From Dehalococcoidia bacterium (GTDB lineage Bacteria; Chloroflexota; Dehalococcoidia; Plut-88900), in contig CBDFLQ010000006.1 in the NCBI GenBank assembly GCA_965249275.1, positions 160,001 to 224,000 on the forward strand: 64,000 bases of DNA, read 5' to 3'. The position numbers and the translations under genes are program-made. Shown piece by piece: positions 39,659-50,087 of this stretch. The first letter of the stretch is position 1. Every line of letters begins with the position of its first letter. The notes beneath the pieces are model-generated. The model saw only the letters and a program-made list of their open reading frames with translations, did no database searches and had not been told where the DNA came from.

Positions 39659-40579
39659 TCACCCAAAAATAACCGCCCCACCCAACCCCGTCGCATACAG
39701 CATCCCCGCCTGGCCGTGCAGCTTGGCCGTCTTCACCAACCCCATGCTCATCTCCCGCCGGTCCTTCCCCGTCAGCACCCTTCTAGCCGCCAGGAATGCC
39801 CAAAGTAGCGACGCCAGCCCTACCAACCCCCATATCGAGACCACCCCCGTCACCGCGATTATTACCAGACCGCCGTAGGAAGCCAGCAGAAACCCGACAT
39901 ATATCACCTGCCCCACCCTCGGCCCCAGCATCGTCACGAACGTTCTCTTGCCATTCTCCCTGTCCTCGTCCACATCCCTCAGGTTATTGCAGTGCAGGAT
40001 GGCCGTCACCAGGAAGGCCACCGGCATCGACCCCCAGAAAGGCGCCCACGCCAACTCTTGGGACTGAACATAGTATGCCGCCACCACCATCAGCGGCCCC
40101 ATGAAGAAGAACACGGTCGCCTCCCCGACTCCCGTGTCCCCCAACGGCTTCGGGCCGACGCTATAAAAGACGGCTACGAACACGCTCCCCAGCCCCACCG
40201 CCAGTATCGGCCAACCGACCTCCGTCACTATGTACAGTCCCATCCCTATCCCAACAGCGAACGTCGCTATACACCCGATCAGGACCTCCCGCTCCGTAAG
40301 CAGCCCCCGAGCCAACACCTTGTGTGGTGCCGGAAACTTCGCTTGCCCGCCCTCTCGACGGTGGTCCGCGTATTCGTCCGTCAAATTGGTCCCGATCTGT
40401 ATCGCCAGCGACCCGACCAGCGCAAAAGCAAACAGCAGCCAGTCGAGGCTCACCTGCTCCGCTGCAATCGCGCTTCCCACCAGCACCGGCACCACCGCCG
40501 CGCTCAGCGAGAACGGCCTCGATGCCCAGAACCACGCCCGACCATAGTTAACAGTTCGCTTCATCATTACGTTCACCAA
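39659..40579 (-). CDS. menA: 1,4-dihydroxy-2-naphthoate polyprenyltransferase
   Basis: SRPFSLSAA, QIGTNLTDEYAD and NNLRDVDEDRENGKRT motifs. Confidence 0.93.
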   Translation of the reverse strand: MVNVMMKRTVNYGRAWFWASRPFSLSAAVVPVLVGSAIAAEQVSLDWLLFAFALVGSLAIQIGTNLTDEYADHRREGGQAKFPAPHKVLARGLLTEREVLIGCIATFAVGIGMGLYIVTEVGWPILAVGLGSVFVAVFYSVGPKPLGDTGVGEATVFFFMGPLMVVAAYYVQSQELAWAPFWGSMPVAFLVTAILHCNNLRDVDEDRENGKRTFVTMLGPRVGQVIYVGFLLASYGGLVIIAVTGVVSIWGLVGLASLLWAFLAARRVLTGKDRREMSMGLVKTAKLHGQAGMLYATGLGGAVIFG

Positions 40580-40583
40580 CCCG

Positions 40584-41387
40584 CTACCAAGGCATATGCC
40601 TGTACGGAGAAAAGTCCGGCTGTCGCTTCTCTAAGAAGGCGTTGCTACCCTCCAGCGCCTCCTCCGAGCCGTAGAACAGGCTGTTCGCACCGTGCGCCAC
40701 CGCTTGCAGGCCATAGACCCAGTCCGTCGCCGCATTGAAGGAGGCCTTGAGCATCCTGAGCGCCGTCGGGCTCTTCTTCAGCATCTCGTTGCACCAGCGT
40801 ACCGTCTCGGCCTCTAGTTCCTCCCGTGGCACGACCTTATTGACCAACCCCATCGCCTCCGCCTCCCTCGCAGTGTACTGCTGACACATGAACCAGAACT
40901 CCCGGGCTTTCTTCTCTCCGATAATATTCGCCAAGTAAACCGCCCCGAACCCTCCGTCGAAGCTCCCGACCTTCGGCCCCGTCTGCCCGAATATCGCTGT
41001 CTCGCTCGCTATCGTCAGGTCGCACAGCACGTGGAGCACGTGTCCTCCGCCTATGGCGTAGCCATTCACCATGGCTATCACCGGCTTCGGTATCGAGCGC
41101 ATCGTCCTGTGCAGCTCCAGTACTTGCATCCTCGTTGACCCCGAGTCGTCCCGATAACCGCCTGGCCCCTTCAACCGCTGGTCGCCCCCTGAGCAGAACG
41201 CCCGGTCTCCGACCCCCGTCAGAACTGCCACTCCCACCTTCTCATCGAACCACGCATCCTTGAACGCGTCTACCATCTCGTCTATGGTGCGGGGCCGGAA
41301 AGCGTTCAGCACCTCCGGACGGTTGATGGTGATCTTGGCTATGCCGTCGCCTTTTTCGTATATGATGTCGGTATAAGTTGAAGTCAT
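40584..41387 (-). CDS. menB: 1,4-dihydroxy-2-naphthoyl-CoA synthase
   Basis: NAFRP, FCSGGDQ, GGGHVLH and [14 protein letters not shown] motifs. Confidence 0.97.
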   Translation of the reverse strand: MTSTYTDIIYEKGDGIAKITINRPEVLNAFRPRTIDEMVDAFKDAWFDEKVGVAVLTGVGDRAFCSGGDQRLKGPGGYRDDSGSTRMQVLELHRTMRSIPKPVIAMVNGYAIGGGHVLHVLCDLTIASETAIFGQTGPKVGSFDGGFGAVYLANIIGEKKAREFWFMCQQYTAREAEAMGLVNKVVPREELEAETVRWCNEMLKKSPTALRMLKASFNAATDWVYGLQAVAHGANSLFYGSEEALEGSNAFLEKRQPDFSPYRHMPW

Positions 41388-41456
41388 GTCGCCTCCTGAG
41401 AGTCAGTTGTATCGAGCGTGGTAGCTATTTTTTGACTCCCCTGTTCACCTGATCTT

Positions 41457-42551
41457 ATGTTAATCACTGGTATCGAATGGCAGAGTGTCGCCGTCCCGTT
41501 CAAGCGCCCCTTCCGCACGTCATCGTCCTTAATAGACGCCCGATATAGCTTGCTGGTCCAGCTTGAGACCGACAACGGTATCATCGGCCTCGGCGAAGCC
41601 CCTGCCTCCCTCACCCGCAGTCCCGCCTCCCTCCGATACCTCGCTACCGCCCTCGAGACCGTTGCCCCCGCCCTGCTCACGAGGCCCCTTGCCTCGACCC
41701 CATTTCCCGCTATTCCTCCACCCGCCCTCGCCTTCGCCCTTGAGACGGCAGCACTGGACTGTCTTGCGCAATCCGAGGCCAAGCCCCTAGCTGTCTTCCT
41801 TGGCGGCTCACCCCGACCTGTTGAAGTCAACGCCATAATCGGCGAAGCAGCCCCCGCCGAGACGGAAGTTCTAGCAGCTAAAGCCGTCGAGGAAGGCTTT
41901 CGCACCCTCAAACTAAAGGTCGGTGGCCGAGACCTGGAAATCGACGAGGACGCCCTAACCCGCACACGCAATGCCGTCGGCAATGCCATCAAACTCCGCC
42001 TGGATGCCAACCAAGCCTGGTCCGAGAACCAAGCTTCCATTGCCCTGCACCGTCTAGCCAAATACTCTCCCGAGTTCATAGAAGAACCCGTAATCCCGGC
42101 CGACATCCCAACCCTCTCCCGACTCCACCGCAACTCCCCCATCCCCATCGCCGCCGACGAGTCCGTCGAGAACGCGCAGTCCGCCGCAACCCTCGCCGAT
42201 TCAGGTGCCGTAGACATCCTTGTCATCAAGCTCGCAAGAGTCGGCGGCCTAACCGCTGCCCGCTCTATTATCGAGCACGCCCAGGCCCGTGGCTTGGGAG
42301 CCGTCCTAACTTCCTCGTTGGAAACAGGTGTTGGTCTGGCCGCCGCTTTACATCTAGCCGCTGCAATGAACATCCCCCAAGCCTGCGGCCTGGCCACCGG
42401 GCCCCTACTCACCCATGACCTCCTCCAGACGCCCCTTTCTCCCGACAGCGGCTTCCTCATCACACCCGACTCCCCCGGACTCGGCATCACCCCCAACCTC
42501 GATGCTATCCAACACTATGCCCACGGGCCTCGCGGGCAAGTCCGGCTGTAG
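41457..42551 (+). CDS. menC: o-succinylbenzoate synthase (enolase superfamily), on the opposite strand to the other men genes
   Basis: KLKVG, RLDANQAW, IEEP, IAADES and ACGLATG motifs; men cluster context. Confidence 0.88.
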   Translation: MLITGIEWQSVAVPFKRPFRTSSSLIDARYSLLVQLETDNGIIGLGEAPASLTRSPASLRYLATALETVAPALLTRPLASTPFPAIPPPALAFALETAALDCLAQSEAKPLAVFLGGSPRPVEVNAIIGEAAPAETEVLAAKAVEEGFRTLKLKVGGRDLEIDEDALTRTRNAVGNAIKLRLDANQAWSENQASIALHRLAKYSPEFIEEPVIPADIPTLSRLHRNSPIPIAADESVENAQSAATLADSGAVDILVIKLARVGGLTAARSIIEHAQARGLGAVLTSSLETGVGLAAALHLAAAMNIPQACGLATGPLLTHDLLQTPLSPDSGFLITPDSPGLGITPNLDAIQHYAHGPRGQVRL

Positions 42552-43383
42552 ACCCGTTATAGCGGTTCCCGTCTAAGGCGTTTAGGAATTCGCAAACCTT
42601 GGTCTCAAACTCTTTCGGATTCTCCAGGTGAGCACAGTGACCCGCGTTCAGAATCGAGGCGTAGTCGCCGTTGGGAGTCAAATCACTCATGGTTCGTGCC
42701 AACGTCAGGAACTTCTGGTCCTCCTCACCCGCGAGGAACAGCGTCGGCTTCCGAAATCCCGGTAGACGGTCGTACACGCTAGGCTGCGCCCCTGTCCCCA
42801 TCCCCCTCAGACTGTTGGCCAGCCCCGTGGCCCGATTCCCCAGCCTCTGGCGCCTCAACTCCATCCGTACCTGCTCGTCCATCCTATCTTGGCTGACAAA
42901 TAGGGCCTGAGACTCCCAGTGTTCGACAAAGGACGCTACGCCCCTGTCCTCTATCCGAATCGCAAGCGCCCTGTCCGCCGACACCCTCGTCGCCCTCTCT
43001 CGTTCACTTTCTATTCCCCCTGAAGCCCCCTCCAGAATCAAGGCCCGGCATCGCTCCGGTGCGGTAGTGCCCAGGCATAATCCAACCCGCCCACCCATCG
43101 AATATCCAATCCAAACTGCTTCACTTATTTCGAGACGATCGGCCAGCGCGAGCAGATCATCGACACACCGCTCCATCGAATATCTTGCTGGGTCTTCCGG
43201 TGCATCCGACTCCCCATGCCCTATCAGGTCAACCAACACCGTGGTATACCGCCCCCCGAGCGCCGCTGCTAGAGGGCACCAGGTGGTAAGGTCGCCCGTG
43301 AAGCCGTGAAGCATGACCAAGGGTGGACCCTGTCCTTCAACCTCCACGTTCAGCCGGATTCCGTTGACTGGCACAAGAGCCAC
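42505..43383 (-). CDS. menH: SHCHC synthase (alpha/beta hydrolase)
   Basis: LHGFTG, GYSMGGR, LAGEEDQKF and AGHCAHLENP motifs; GTG start directly after menD. Confidence 0.92.
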   Translation of the reverse strand: MALVPVNGIRLNVEVEGQGPPLVMLHGFTGDLTTWCPLAAALGGRYTTVLVDLIGHGESDAPEDPARYSMERCVDDLLALADRLEISEAVWIGYSMGGRVGLCLGTTAPERCRALILEGASGGIESERERATRVSADRALAIRIEDRGVASFVEHWESQALFVSQDRMDEQVRMELRRQRLGNRATGLANSLRGMGTGAQPSVYDRLPGFRKPTLFLAGEEDQKFLTLARTMSDLTPNGDYASILNAGHCAHLENPKEFETKVCEFLNALDGNRYNGSTAGLAREARGHSVG

Positions 43384-43385
43384 GG

Positions 43386-45137
43386 CTAGCCCCTCTCCAC
43401 GCTGCGGAGCGCATCCGAGGCCGCACTCCACGCTTCTCGATGCAAAACCACGTTCCGCTCCCGGGAACTCGGGACCTCAATGATCGATGTTCCTATGTCG
43501 GCAGTTCCCCGATCCACGGCTTCACCAAACTCCTCCCATGTCGAGACCCGCGTGTACTCCAAACCATACAACTCCGCTACAGACCCAAACGTCAGTCCGT
43601 GCGGCGTCCCGTAGACTTTTTCAAAATGCGCCGGGTGCTCGGCCTGCGGCAGGAACGAGAATATGCCTCCGCCATCGTTGTTCACGACCACAATGGTCGC
43701 GTTTATCTCACTGTTCCTGGTCATAAGCAGTCCCGTCATGTCGTGGAAAAAGGATAGGTCGCCTACCACCGCCACCACCGGTACCCCCGCCCCACTCCCC
43801 GCCCCTAACGCCGTTGATACAACTCCATCGATACCGCTCGCCCCCCGATTCCCCATCACCCTGATATTTCGATGCGAAGCAGGCATGAACGTGTCCATAT
43901 CCCTCACGGGCATACTGTTCCCTGCGAAGAGGATCGCCGGCTCGGGAATATGCTCTTGGATTTCGTGAAATACCTTCCCCTCGAAAAGCTCGTCTATCTC
44001 CGCCATATGTCCCTCCACCCCCTCCCCGACAGATCGGCTAAAACCCACCCACTCGTCGAGCCACGGAGACCCGCCATCCCGCCCACCGCCACCCGCGGCC
44101 AGCCCACGGCAAAATGTCACCGAGTCCATCTGCACCACGTCTGAGGCCAAATGATGCGGGTCTGGCCAGCCGGTCTCGGGCACCAGAACGTGCCGAGCGT
44201 CCCTGAATCGTGCAAGGAACATACCCAGCGACTTGGAAGTCGGCCAGGCCCCGAACCGAAGCACCACCTCGGGCTCAAGCCTCTCCCACAAACCCTGGTC
44301 GCGCAACATCAAATCGTAGAAGCTTATTACCTGTGAAAGATCATGCGTCCCACACCTGACTTGAGACAGGGGGTCAGCAAGAATCGGATACCCTAGGCAC
44401 CGCGCCGCCTCCGACACCGCACCCGCCAACTCTGGATTGCTCTGCGGCCCGCAAACGATCAACCCCCGCTCAACCCCACCCACCCTCGCCCCGACTTCCC
44501 TCCCGGCCTCCCATCCATCCGGTGCAGCCCCTGCCTCTACGCCATCCAAAATCTCCCCACCCCCGGATATCTCCATCTCCTCTCCTGCGATAGCAATCGG
44601 GGCCAACGGCTCACGAAACGGCACGTTCAGGTGCACTGGTCCTGACGGATAGCCTACACCCGTGGCATACGCCCTCCGCCCGATGGCCGAGGCGTAGTCA
44701 GTAAGCCGAACGTTCGCTTCCGGAACTGGCAGGTCGGCAGCCCACTTCACGTGTGCGCCGTAGATTCCGGTTTGCTCGATGGTCTGGTTGGCACCCCAGT
44801 CCATCAATTCCGGTGGGCGGTCCGCTGTTATCACTATAAGAGGCACCCCCGTCAGCCTAGCCTCGACTACCGCAGGCAGCAAATTCGCCGCCGCAGTCCC
44901 CGAGGTGGTCATAACCGCAACCGGCCTCCTGGACCCCTTGGCAATTCCCAGTGCAAAGAACCCCGCGGAGCGTTCGTCAAGGTGCACCCAGGTCTTAATG
45001 GCGGTGCTCCTGGCAAAAGTAATCGCAAGCGGCCCCGACCGAGACCCGGGGCACATGACCACGTCTCGTAGCCCGGCCGACGCCAACCCCTCCACCAGGG
45101 CCCCCGACATCGCATAGTTCCGGTTCTCCACCTTCAT
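43386..45137 (-). CDS. menD: SEPHCHC synthase
   Basis: CPGSRSGPL, DERSAGFFALG, TSGTA, NRGASGIDG and NNDGGGIF motifs. Confidence 0.96.
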   Translation of the reverse strand: MKVENRNYAMSGALVEGLASAGLRDVVMCPGSRSGPLAITFARSTAIKTWVHLDERSAGFFALGIAKGSRRPVAVMTTSGTAAANLLPAVVEARLTGVPLIVITADRPPELMDWGANQTIEQTGIYGAHVKWAADLPVPEANVRLTDYASAIGRRAYATGVGYPSGPVHLNVPFREPLAPIAIAGEEMEISGGGEILDGVEAGAAPDGWEAGREVGARVGGVERGLIVCGPQSNPELAGAVSEAARCLGYPILADPLSQVRCGTHDLSQVISFYDLMLRDQGLWERLEPEVVLRFGAWPTSKSLGMFLARFRDARHVLVPETGWPDPHHLASDVVQMDSVTFCRGLAAGGGGRDGGSPWLDEWVGFSRSVGEGVEGHMAEIDELFEGKVFHEIQEHIPEPAILFAGNSMPVRDMDTFMPASHRNIRVMGNRGASGIDGVVSTALGAGSGAGVPVVAVVGDLSFFHDMTGLLMTRNSEINATIVVVNNDGGGIFSFLPQAEHPAHFEKVYGTPHGLTFGSVAELYGLEYTRVSTWEEFGEAVDRGTADIGTSIIEVPSSRERNVVLHREAWSAASDALRSVERG

Positions 45138-45204
45138 AAGACCTTTGTACAACCCGGCATGCAACACTCAGAGGATCTATATGCACTTGCTCGGGGGTAG
45201 GGCA

Positions 45205-45249
45205 GGAATCCGCTTACTCTGAGCAGAGTCGAAGGGCCGAGCGGATTCC
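45205..45249 (+). repeat. CTGAGC-GTCGAAGG REP-like hairpin
   Basis: ggaatccgct...ctgagcagagtcgaaggg..agcggattcc between menF and menD. Confidence 0.75.
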
Positions 45250-45297
45250 TGGCGGGGTTCCCATCCGTTGACAAGTTGCGCACAGGTCTCTTCATGC

Positions 45298-46638
45298 CTA
45301 ACCCAAATTCAGAGCGTCCTTTAGACCGAGCATCTTCAGCTCCGTCTCCGCAAACTCCCTCTTCGCGTCAGATCCTTCCACGATTCCCGCCCCCGCGTAC
45401 AGATAAGCCCGGTCTTCCGTAATCAACCCGGACCTGATGGCTATGGCGAACTCTCCCCGACCCTTGTGGTCCATCCACCCCACAGGCCCCGAGTACCACC
45501 CCCGGTCCATCTCCTCTAGCTCCTGTATCAAGGCTAAAGCCTTCCGGGTGGGGACACCGGCCACGGCGGGAGTCGGGTGCAGCGCCTCAACAAATTCCAG
45601 GATGTCCCTGCCCCCGTCATTGGCCCCGTGGAACGCAGTAGAGAGATGCTGCACATTCTTCAGTTTCGACAGTCGCGGTGTCGAGTCCCAACTAAGCTCA
45701 TCACACAGCCCGCTCAAAGCCTGCTCGACCGAACTGGCCGCGAGATAGTGCTCCCGCTGCTCCTTCGGGTCGTTAAGCAGCGCCTCGCCCAGCTTCCTGT
45801 CCTCCTCCGCCGTCGTACCCCGAGCCGTCGACCCCGCATGACATATGCACTCCAGCTTTCCATCGGCAAGGGTCACAAGTGGTTCTGGACTGGCACCCAG
45901 AAAAGTGTCCGGCCCAACCCCGAATGAGAAGACCGAGCACCTGGCCTCGCCGTCCATCAATCGTTCCAGTGTCCCCGGCACGTCCATCTCTCCCGACCCA
46001 TCCACCGCAGCCCTACGCGCGATCACTACCTTGTCCGCCTCTCCCGACCTCACCGACTCCAACGCTCCTTCCACCGAACGCTCCCATAGGTTTGCCAATC
46101 CCGAATCAACTACAGGGTCGGATACAGTGTCAGCATCGTGCACTGACGCAAATTGGGTTTCCGCTCCGTTGTAAGATAGCAGCCTATTTTCGGTCACCCA
46201 GCACCCGTCGGGAGTCCACGCATAACACACCCGGGGCACGACCATCATCCCGTCGGCAAATCTCCTCCATTCGGGAGATACCTCCGCCTCGGCATCAAAC
46301 CGGAACCCCCCGAGCGCCAAGGGCCCCGTTCCTGCAACATCCGGTCCCTCAACCACCGCTCTTTCAATCAGGTCCCGGTACCACTCCCTCACCCGCATAA
46401 ACCTGTCCGCCCCCGACACCTTGACCCCGCACGCTACCCCCAACCCCACAATAACCAGGTCCCGGTCCCGCTGGGCCCAGAACACCCGAAATTCCTCGCC
46501 GGGCTCCGCGTTTCGGTAAACGTCCGTGGGGCTCGCTTCCTGCCGAAGCAAGCGCGACCGGCTAACGAGTGCGGGCCCGTTCTCGGCCAGTGACAAGGTG
46601 GATGGGCCAAGAGTGGATGTCCGGGAATTGGGACTCAT
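45298..46638 (-). CDS. menF: Isochorismate synthase
   Basis: KVVIAR, GASPE, LHPTPAVAG, RGWYSG and AGAGIV motifs. Confidence 0.93.
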   Translation of the reverse strand: MSPNSRTSTLGPSTLSLAENGPALVSRSRLLRQEASPTDVYRNAEPGEEFRVFWAQRDRDLVIVGLGVACGVKVSGADRFMRVREWYRDLIERAVVEGPDVAGTGPLALGGFRFDAEAEVSPEWRRFADGMMVVPRVCYAWTPDGCWVTENRLLSYNGAETQFASVHDADTVSDPVVDSGLANLWERSVEGALESVRSGEADKVVIARRAAVDGSGEMDVPGTLERLMDGEARCSVFSFGVGPDTFLGASPEPLVTLADGKLECICHAGSTARGTTAEEDRKLGEALLNDPKEQREHYLAASSVEQALSGLCDELSWDSTPRLSKLKNVQHLSTAFHGANDGGRDILEFVEALHPTPAVAGVPTRKALALIQELEEMDRGWYSGPVGWMDHKGRGEFAIAIRSGLITEDRAYLYAGAGIVEGSDAKREFAETELKMLGLKDALNLG

Positions 46639-47282
46639 ACCGCCGCCTCTTCCACTTGTTTTTCCCGTGCCCCGGCGGCAGTCGCATCCCAGGCCTGAAT
46701 GCCTATGCCGTTCATAAGCAGTTCACGAACGACGGGCGCACTTTCCATCAGGGGCGTCGGCTTATCTCGCAGAAGCCACCTGAGGATTATCTCGTTCAGC
46801 GCCCCCAACCACAGCTGCGAAACCAGGCTCGTATCTACCGGCCTGATCGCTCCCGACTCCATTGCCGCATCCAGCTCCCTGCGAATCAGCCCTGCGAATT
46901 TATCCCTTATCGGCAGGAACTTCCGGTCCATCGAACGTCCCTGCCCCACCATATTCACCATCAATATCTGGGCCAGCTTCCTCTGCTTGGAGAAGGTGGA
47001 AAGCAGCGCATCTATCGCCAGTGGTATCCTCTTCAGCGGGTCGGTTTCCGACGCTATGGACCGCTCCAACTTCCTGACCAGTTTCTCGCTCAGCTGGTCG
47101 ACCATGCCGAGCGCCATCTGTTCCTTGCTTGGAAAGTGGAAGTAAAAGCTGCCCTTGGACGTCCCCGACTGCTGGACTATCTCGTCCACGTTGGAGTTGT
47201 AGTAACCCCGCCGTGCAAAGAGACTCGCCGCTGCATTCAGGATGCGCTCACGTGCGGTGCGGGTTTCGGCTCTCGCGGTCAT
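46635..47282 (-). CDS. TetR/AcrR family regulator
   Basis: RILNAAASLFARRGY...SKGSFYFHFPSK HTH; overlaps the menF start by 4 nt. Confidence 0.92.
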   Translation of the reverse strand: MTARAETRTARERILNAAASLFARRGYYNSNVDEIVQQSGTSKGSFYFHFPSKEQMALGMVDQLSEKLVRKLERSIASETDPLKRIPLAIDALLSTFSKQRKLAQILMVNMVGQGRSMDRKFLPIRDKFAGLIRRELDAAMESGAIRPVDTSLVSQLWLGALNEIILRWLLRDKPTPLMESAPVVRELLMNGIGIQAWDATAAGAREKQVEEAAV

Positions 47283-47302
47283 GCTAGACGACTCTCAACA
47301 CT

Positions 47303-47316
47303 AGACCGACCGGTCT
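47303..47316. promoter_or_regulatory. Candidate TetR operator
   Basis: Palindrome AGACCG-AC-CGGTCT 20 nt upstream of the TetR ATG. Confidence 0.6.
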
Positions 47317-47368
47317 GTTTACTCCGTCAGTCTATAGGGAGACAATCTGGTCGTCAACCGTTATCGGA

Positions 47369-48040
47369 CTACTGCACCGTCCCAGCGACCAGATACTCGG
47401 CCAACGCCCGCTCTATGATCCGATTCACGTTGTACGCCACGTATCCACGCTCCACCGACGCTTCGATTGCCGCCTCGGCTTCGGTCGGCATATCTAGCAT
47501 CGAGTAGGCAATGGCCTGTCCCACATAAGCTTTTCCCAGCTCCGAATCCAGACCGATGGCCTTGTCGAAGTCATCCAATGCAAGTGCCGGTAGCCCCATC
47601 CCGACGTACATGCTGCCCCGGTTGGAGTACGCCTCCGCGTTCCCCGGGTCCCTTTCCACCACTTCCGTATAGTCCGACACCGCGTCCTGTGGCCTTCGAA
47701 TCTGGGAATATGCAAACGCCCTGTTGTAATAGGCAGCGACCCTCTCAGGGTCTAGTGCTAATGCCTCGTCGTAATCGTCGATGGCGTCATTCCATCGCTT
47801 TGTTGCCAGCCAGGCGAGGCCCCTGTCGAAATAGGCGTCTGAGAATTCTGGATCGGCGCGGATGGCTTTGGTGAACGCCGCAATGGAGGCCCCTATCTGG
47901 CCCTTGCTGAAGAGCTCCTCGCCCTCCCGGTAACGCGCCAGTGCAGCCTCGGACTCGGTGTCCGGGCCTCGAGCCCCCTCCCCACCCCCACACGCGAATA
48001 GCAGCAGGAGGCAGATCCCGGCCAGAGCGAGTTTCAGCAT
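47369..48040 (-). CDS. TPR-repeat lipoprotein
   Basis: Lipobox-like LFAC; AYFDRG, AYYNRA and AYSNRG TPR motifs. Confidence 0.87.
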   Translation of the reverse strand: MLKLALAGICLLLLFACGGGEGARGPDTESEAALARYREGEELFSKGQIGASIAAFTKAIRADPEFSDAYFDRGLAWLATKRWNDAIDDYDEALALDPERVAAYYNRAFAYSQIRRPQDAVSDYTEVVERDPGNAEAYSNRGSMYVGMGLPALALDDFDKAIGLDSELGKAYVGQAIAYSMLDMPTEAEAAIEASVERGYVAYNVNRIIERALAEYLVAGTVQ

Positions 48041-48057
48041 CCCACTGATCGGGACCG

Positions 48058-49263
48058 CTAAACTACGCTTTCTTGCCGCAGTTTCTCTATGCGCTCTTCG
48101 GAGTAGCCCAGCACACCTGCCAGGACTTCGTCTGTGTCCTGTCCCAATAGGGGTGCCGCTCTGTATTCAGTCGGGGAGTCCGACAGATTGATCGGATTCC
48201 CGATCATCTTCCACTCCCCTCTCTGCGGGTGATCCATGGTCGCAATCATTCCCCGTTCCTGGATGTGCGGGTCTTCGAACAGGTCCTTGGCGTTCAGAAC
48301 CGCCCCAGCCACGACCCCCTGGCTCGCGCACGTGTTCATAACCTCGTACTTGGTGTGCTGTAGCGTCCAGTCCTCGACCATCTTGTCCACCTCTTCCTTC
48401 CGATTGAACCGGAGTTCCGAGGAGGTGTAGCGCTCATCGCCGACGAGGTCTTCCCTGCCGATTATCCTGAGCAGGCTGTTCCACGAATCTGAGATGCTCT
48501 CGGTGGCGTAGACATAGCAGTAGTCATCGAGACCGCCGGGCTTGCACCGGTACATCCGGGAAGGCGCGGTGTTCCAACCGTCGTCTCCCTTTCTCATTAT
48601 CATCTCGGGATTGTGGTAGTACCACATCATCGCAACCCTGCCGAAGTTGAACACCGACTCCTGCATCGAAACCTCAACTACCTGCCCCTTCCCCGTCCGT
48701 TCCCTCTGAAGTAATGCCGCCACAACCCCCAGGGCCGCGTGATATCCCGTTCCAATATCTCCGATGGACGTTCCCATCGGTACAGGCGGCCCATCTTTGT
48801 ATCCATTTGTGGCATACGACCCGCCCGTGCACTGCGCGATCATGTCGAAACACTTATATTGGCTGTAGGGGCCATACGTCCCGAACCCCTTGACCCGCCC
48901 CAGCACTATCTTCGGATTCACCTCCGACAGCACATCGTATCCCAGTCCTAATCGCTCGAGGGTCCCGGGTCCCTGGTTCTCCGCCACTACGTCTGCATTT
49001 CTCACCAGTTCCAGGAACACAGCCTTCCCCTCCTCCGACTTCAAGTTCAGAGTGATGCTCCGCTTGTTGGAGTTCAGGATTAGAAAATAAGGACTGTCGA
49101 TCCCGGCAATGTCCTGCGGCGCCACCCGACCCGGATCCCCTCTCCCTGGGGCCTCCACCTTGATCACATCCGCCCCCAGCCAGGCCAGAGCCTGAGTAAA
49201 GGAAGTTCCGGCCTCCCACTGTGTCAAGTCGACCACCCTGTAGCCTTCCATTGCCTTTTCCAT
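48058..49263 (-). CDS. Family III CoA-transferase (formyl-CoA transferase-like)
   Basis: DLTQWEAGTS, LGADVIKVE, LNSNKRSITLNLK and KGFG motifs; ATG at 49263. Confidence 0.92.
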   Translation of the reverse strand: MEKAMEGYRVVDLTQWEAGTSFTQALAWLGADVIKVEAPGRGDPGRVAPQDIAGIDSPYFLILNSNKRSITLNLKSEEGKAVFLELVRNADVVAENQGPGTLERLGLGYDVLSEVNPKIVLGRVKGFGTYGPYSQYKCFDMIAQCTGGSYATNGYKDGPPVPMGTSIGDIGTGYHAALGVVAALLQRERTGKGQVVEVSMQESVFNFGRVAMMWYYHNPEMIMRKGDDGWNTAPSRMYRCKPGGLDDYCYVYATESISDSWNSLLRIIGREDLVGDERYTSSELRFNRKEEVDKMVEDWTLQHTKYEVMNTCASQGVVAGAVLNAKDLFEDPHIQERGMIATMDHPQRGEWKMIGNPINLSDSPTEYRAAPLLGQDTDEVLAGVLGYSEERIEKLRQESVV

Positions 49264-49439
49264 CTTTGTCCCCCTTTGCTTGGTTACCGGTGGTTGCAGA
49301 GCGTATATAATCCCAACTGCGCCCCGGGTGAAACATCCGCCTGGCTGAAAGTCCGCCGTGGGCGGAGCGGGGCCGTTACATTCTACACCACCAAAAGACT
49401 GCGCCAAGGCCCTGCGCCCTGGCCCCGAGGGAGGAGAAC

Positions 49440-49874
49440 ATGGCAACAGACCTGAGCTTCGTATGTATCGCCGTCCACGACCTCCAGGAAGCCTCCGACA
49501 GATTCTGCAACCTCTTCGGTCTGGAGGTTATGCAGATGCCCAACGATAACACCCAGCTCGGCTACCGCAGCACTTACCTCGGCAACGGCTCCAAAGCCCT
49601 TCTAGAACTCATCGAGCCCCTCGGCGAAGGCAGCGCCGTCGGCAAGTTCCTTGAAACCCGAGGCGAAGGAGTCTACCTCATCACCTTCGAAGTGGATGAC
49701 ATCCGCGACTCCGTCAAAAAGGTCCGCTCCCACGGCGGCCGTGTCACCGGCATCCCCGAAGACGAAGAGCCCGGCCCCAACGCCGACTACCTGTGGGTCC
49801 ACCCCAAGGGCACCCACGGCGTCTTCGTGGAAATCCTCCAAAAAGGCTTCGGCCCCCTCCCCGGCGGCAGCTAA
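49440..49874 (+). CDS. VOC family protein (methylmalonyl-CoA epimerase-like)
   Basis: IAVHDL, LELIEP, RGEGVYLITFEVDD and HPKGTHGVFVE motifs. Confidence 0.85.
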   Translation: MATDLSFVCIAVHDLQEASDRFCNLFGLEVMQMPNDNTQLGYRSTYLGNGSKALLELIEPLGEGSAVGKFLETRGEGVYLITFEVDDIRDSVKKVRSHGGRVTGIPEDEEPGPNADYLWVHPKGTHGVFVEILQKGFGPLPGGS

Positions 49875-49956
49875 CCCCCGAGGCTCACCTCGTCAAAACC
49901 CTAATACAACACTGTTCGAAGAGTTAGGTGCAGGGTCTCATCCCCTCTCCCTTGAC

Positions 49957-50087
49957 GAGACCTTTGCATAACCTGTGTTGGAGGGGCGTGGGGCCGCTCG
50001 TGCTGAGGCTCTCGAAGTATGAGCGGGGGGGATGTTAGGCGATCTGGACGGAACAACAGATGCGATCTGCAGTTACGCAAAGGTCTC
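49957..50087. mobile_element. 131-bp MITE, best-preserved copy
   Basis: TIRs gagacctttgcataac / gttacgcaaaggtctc (15 of 16 match), flanked by ttgac / tagac. Confidence 0.82.
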
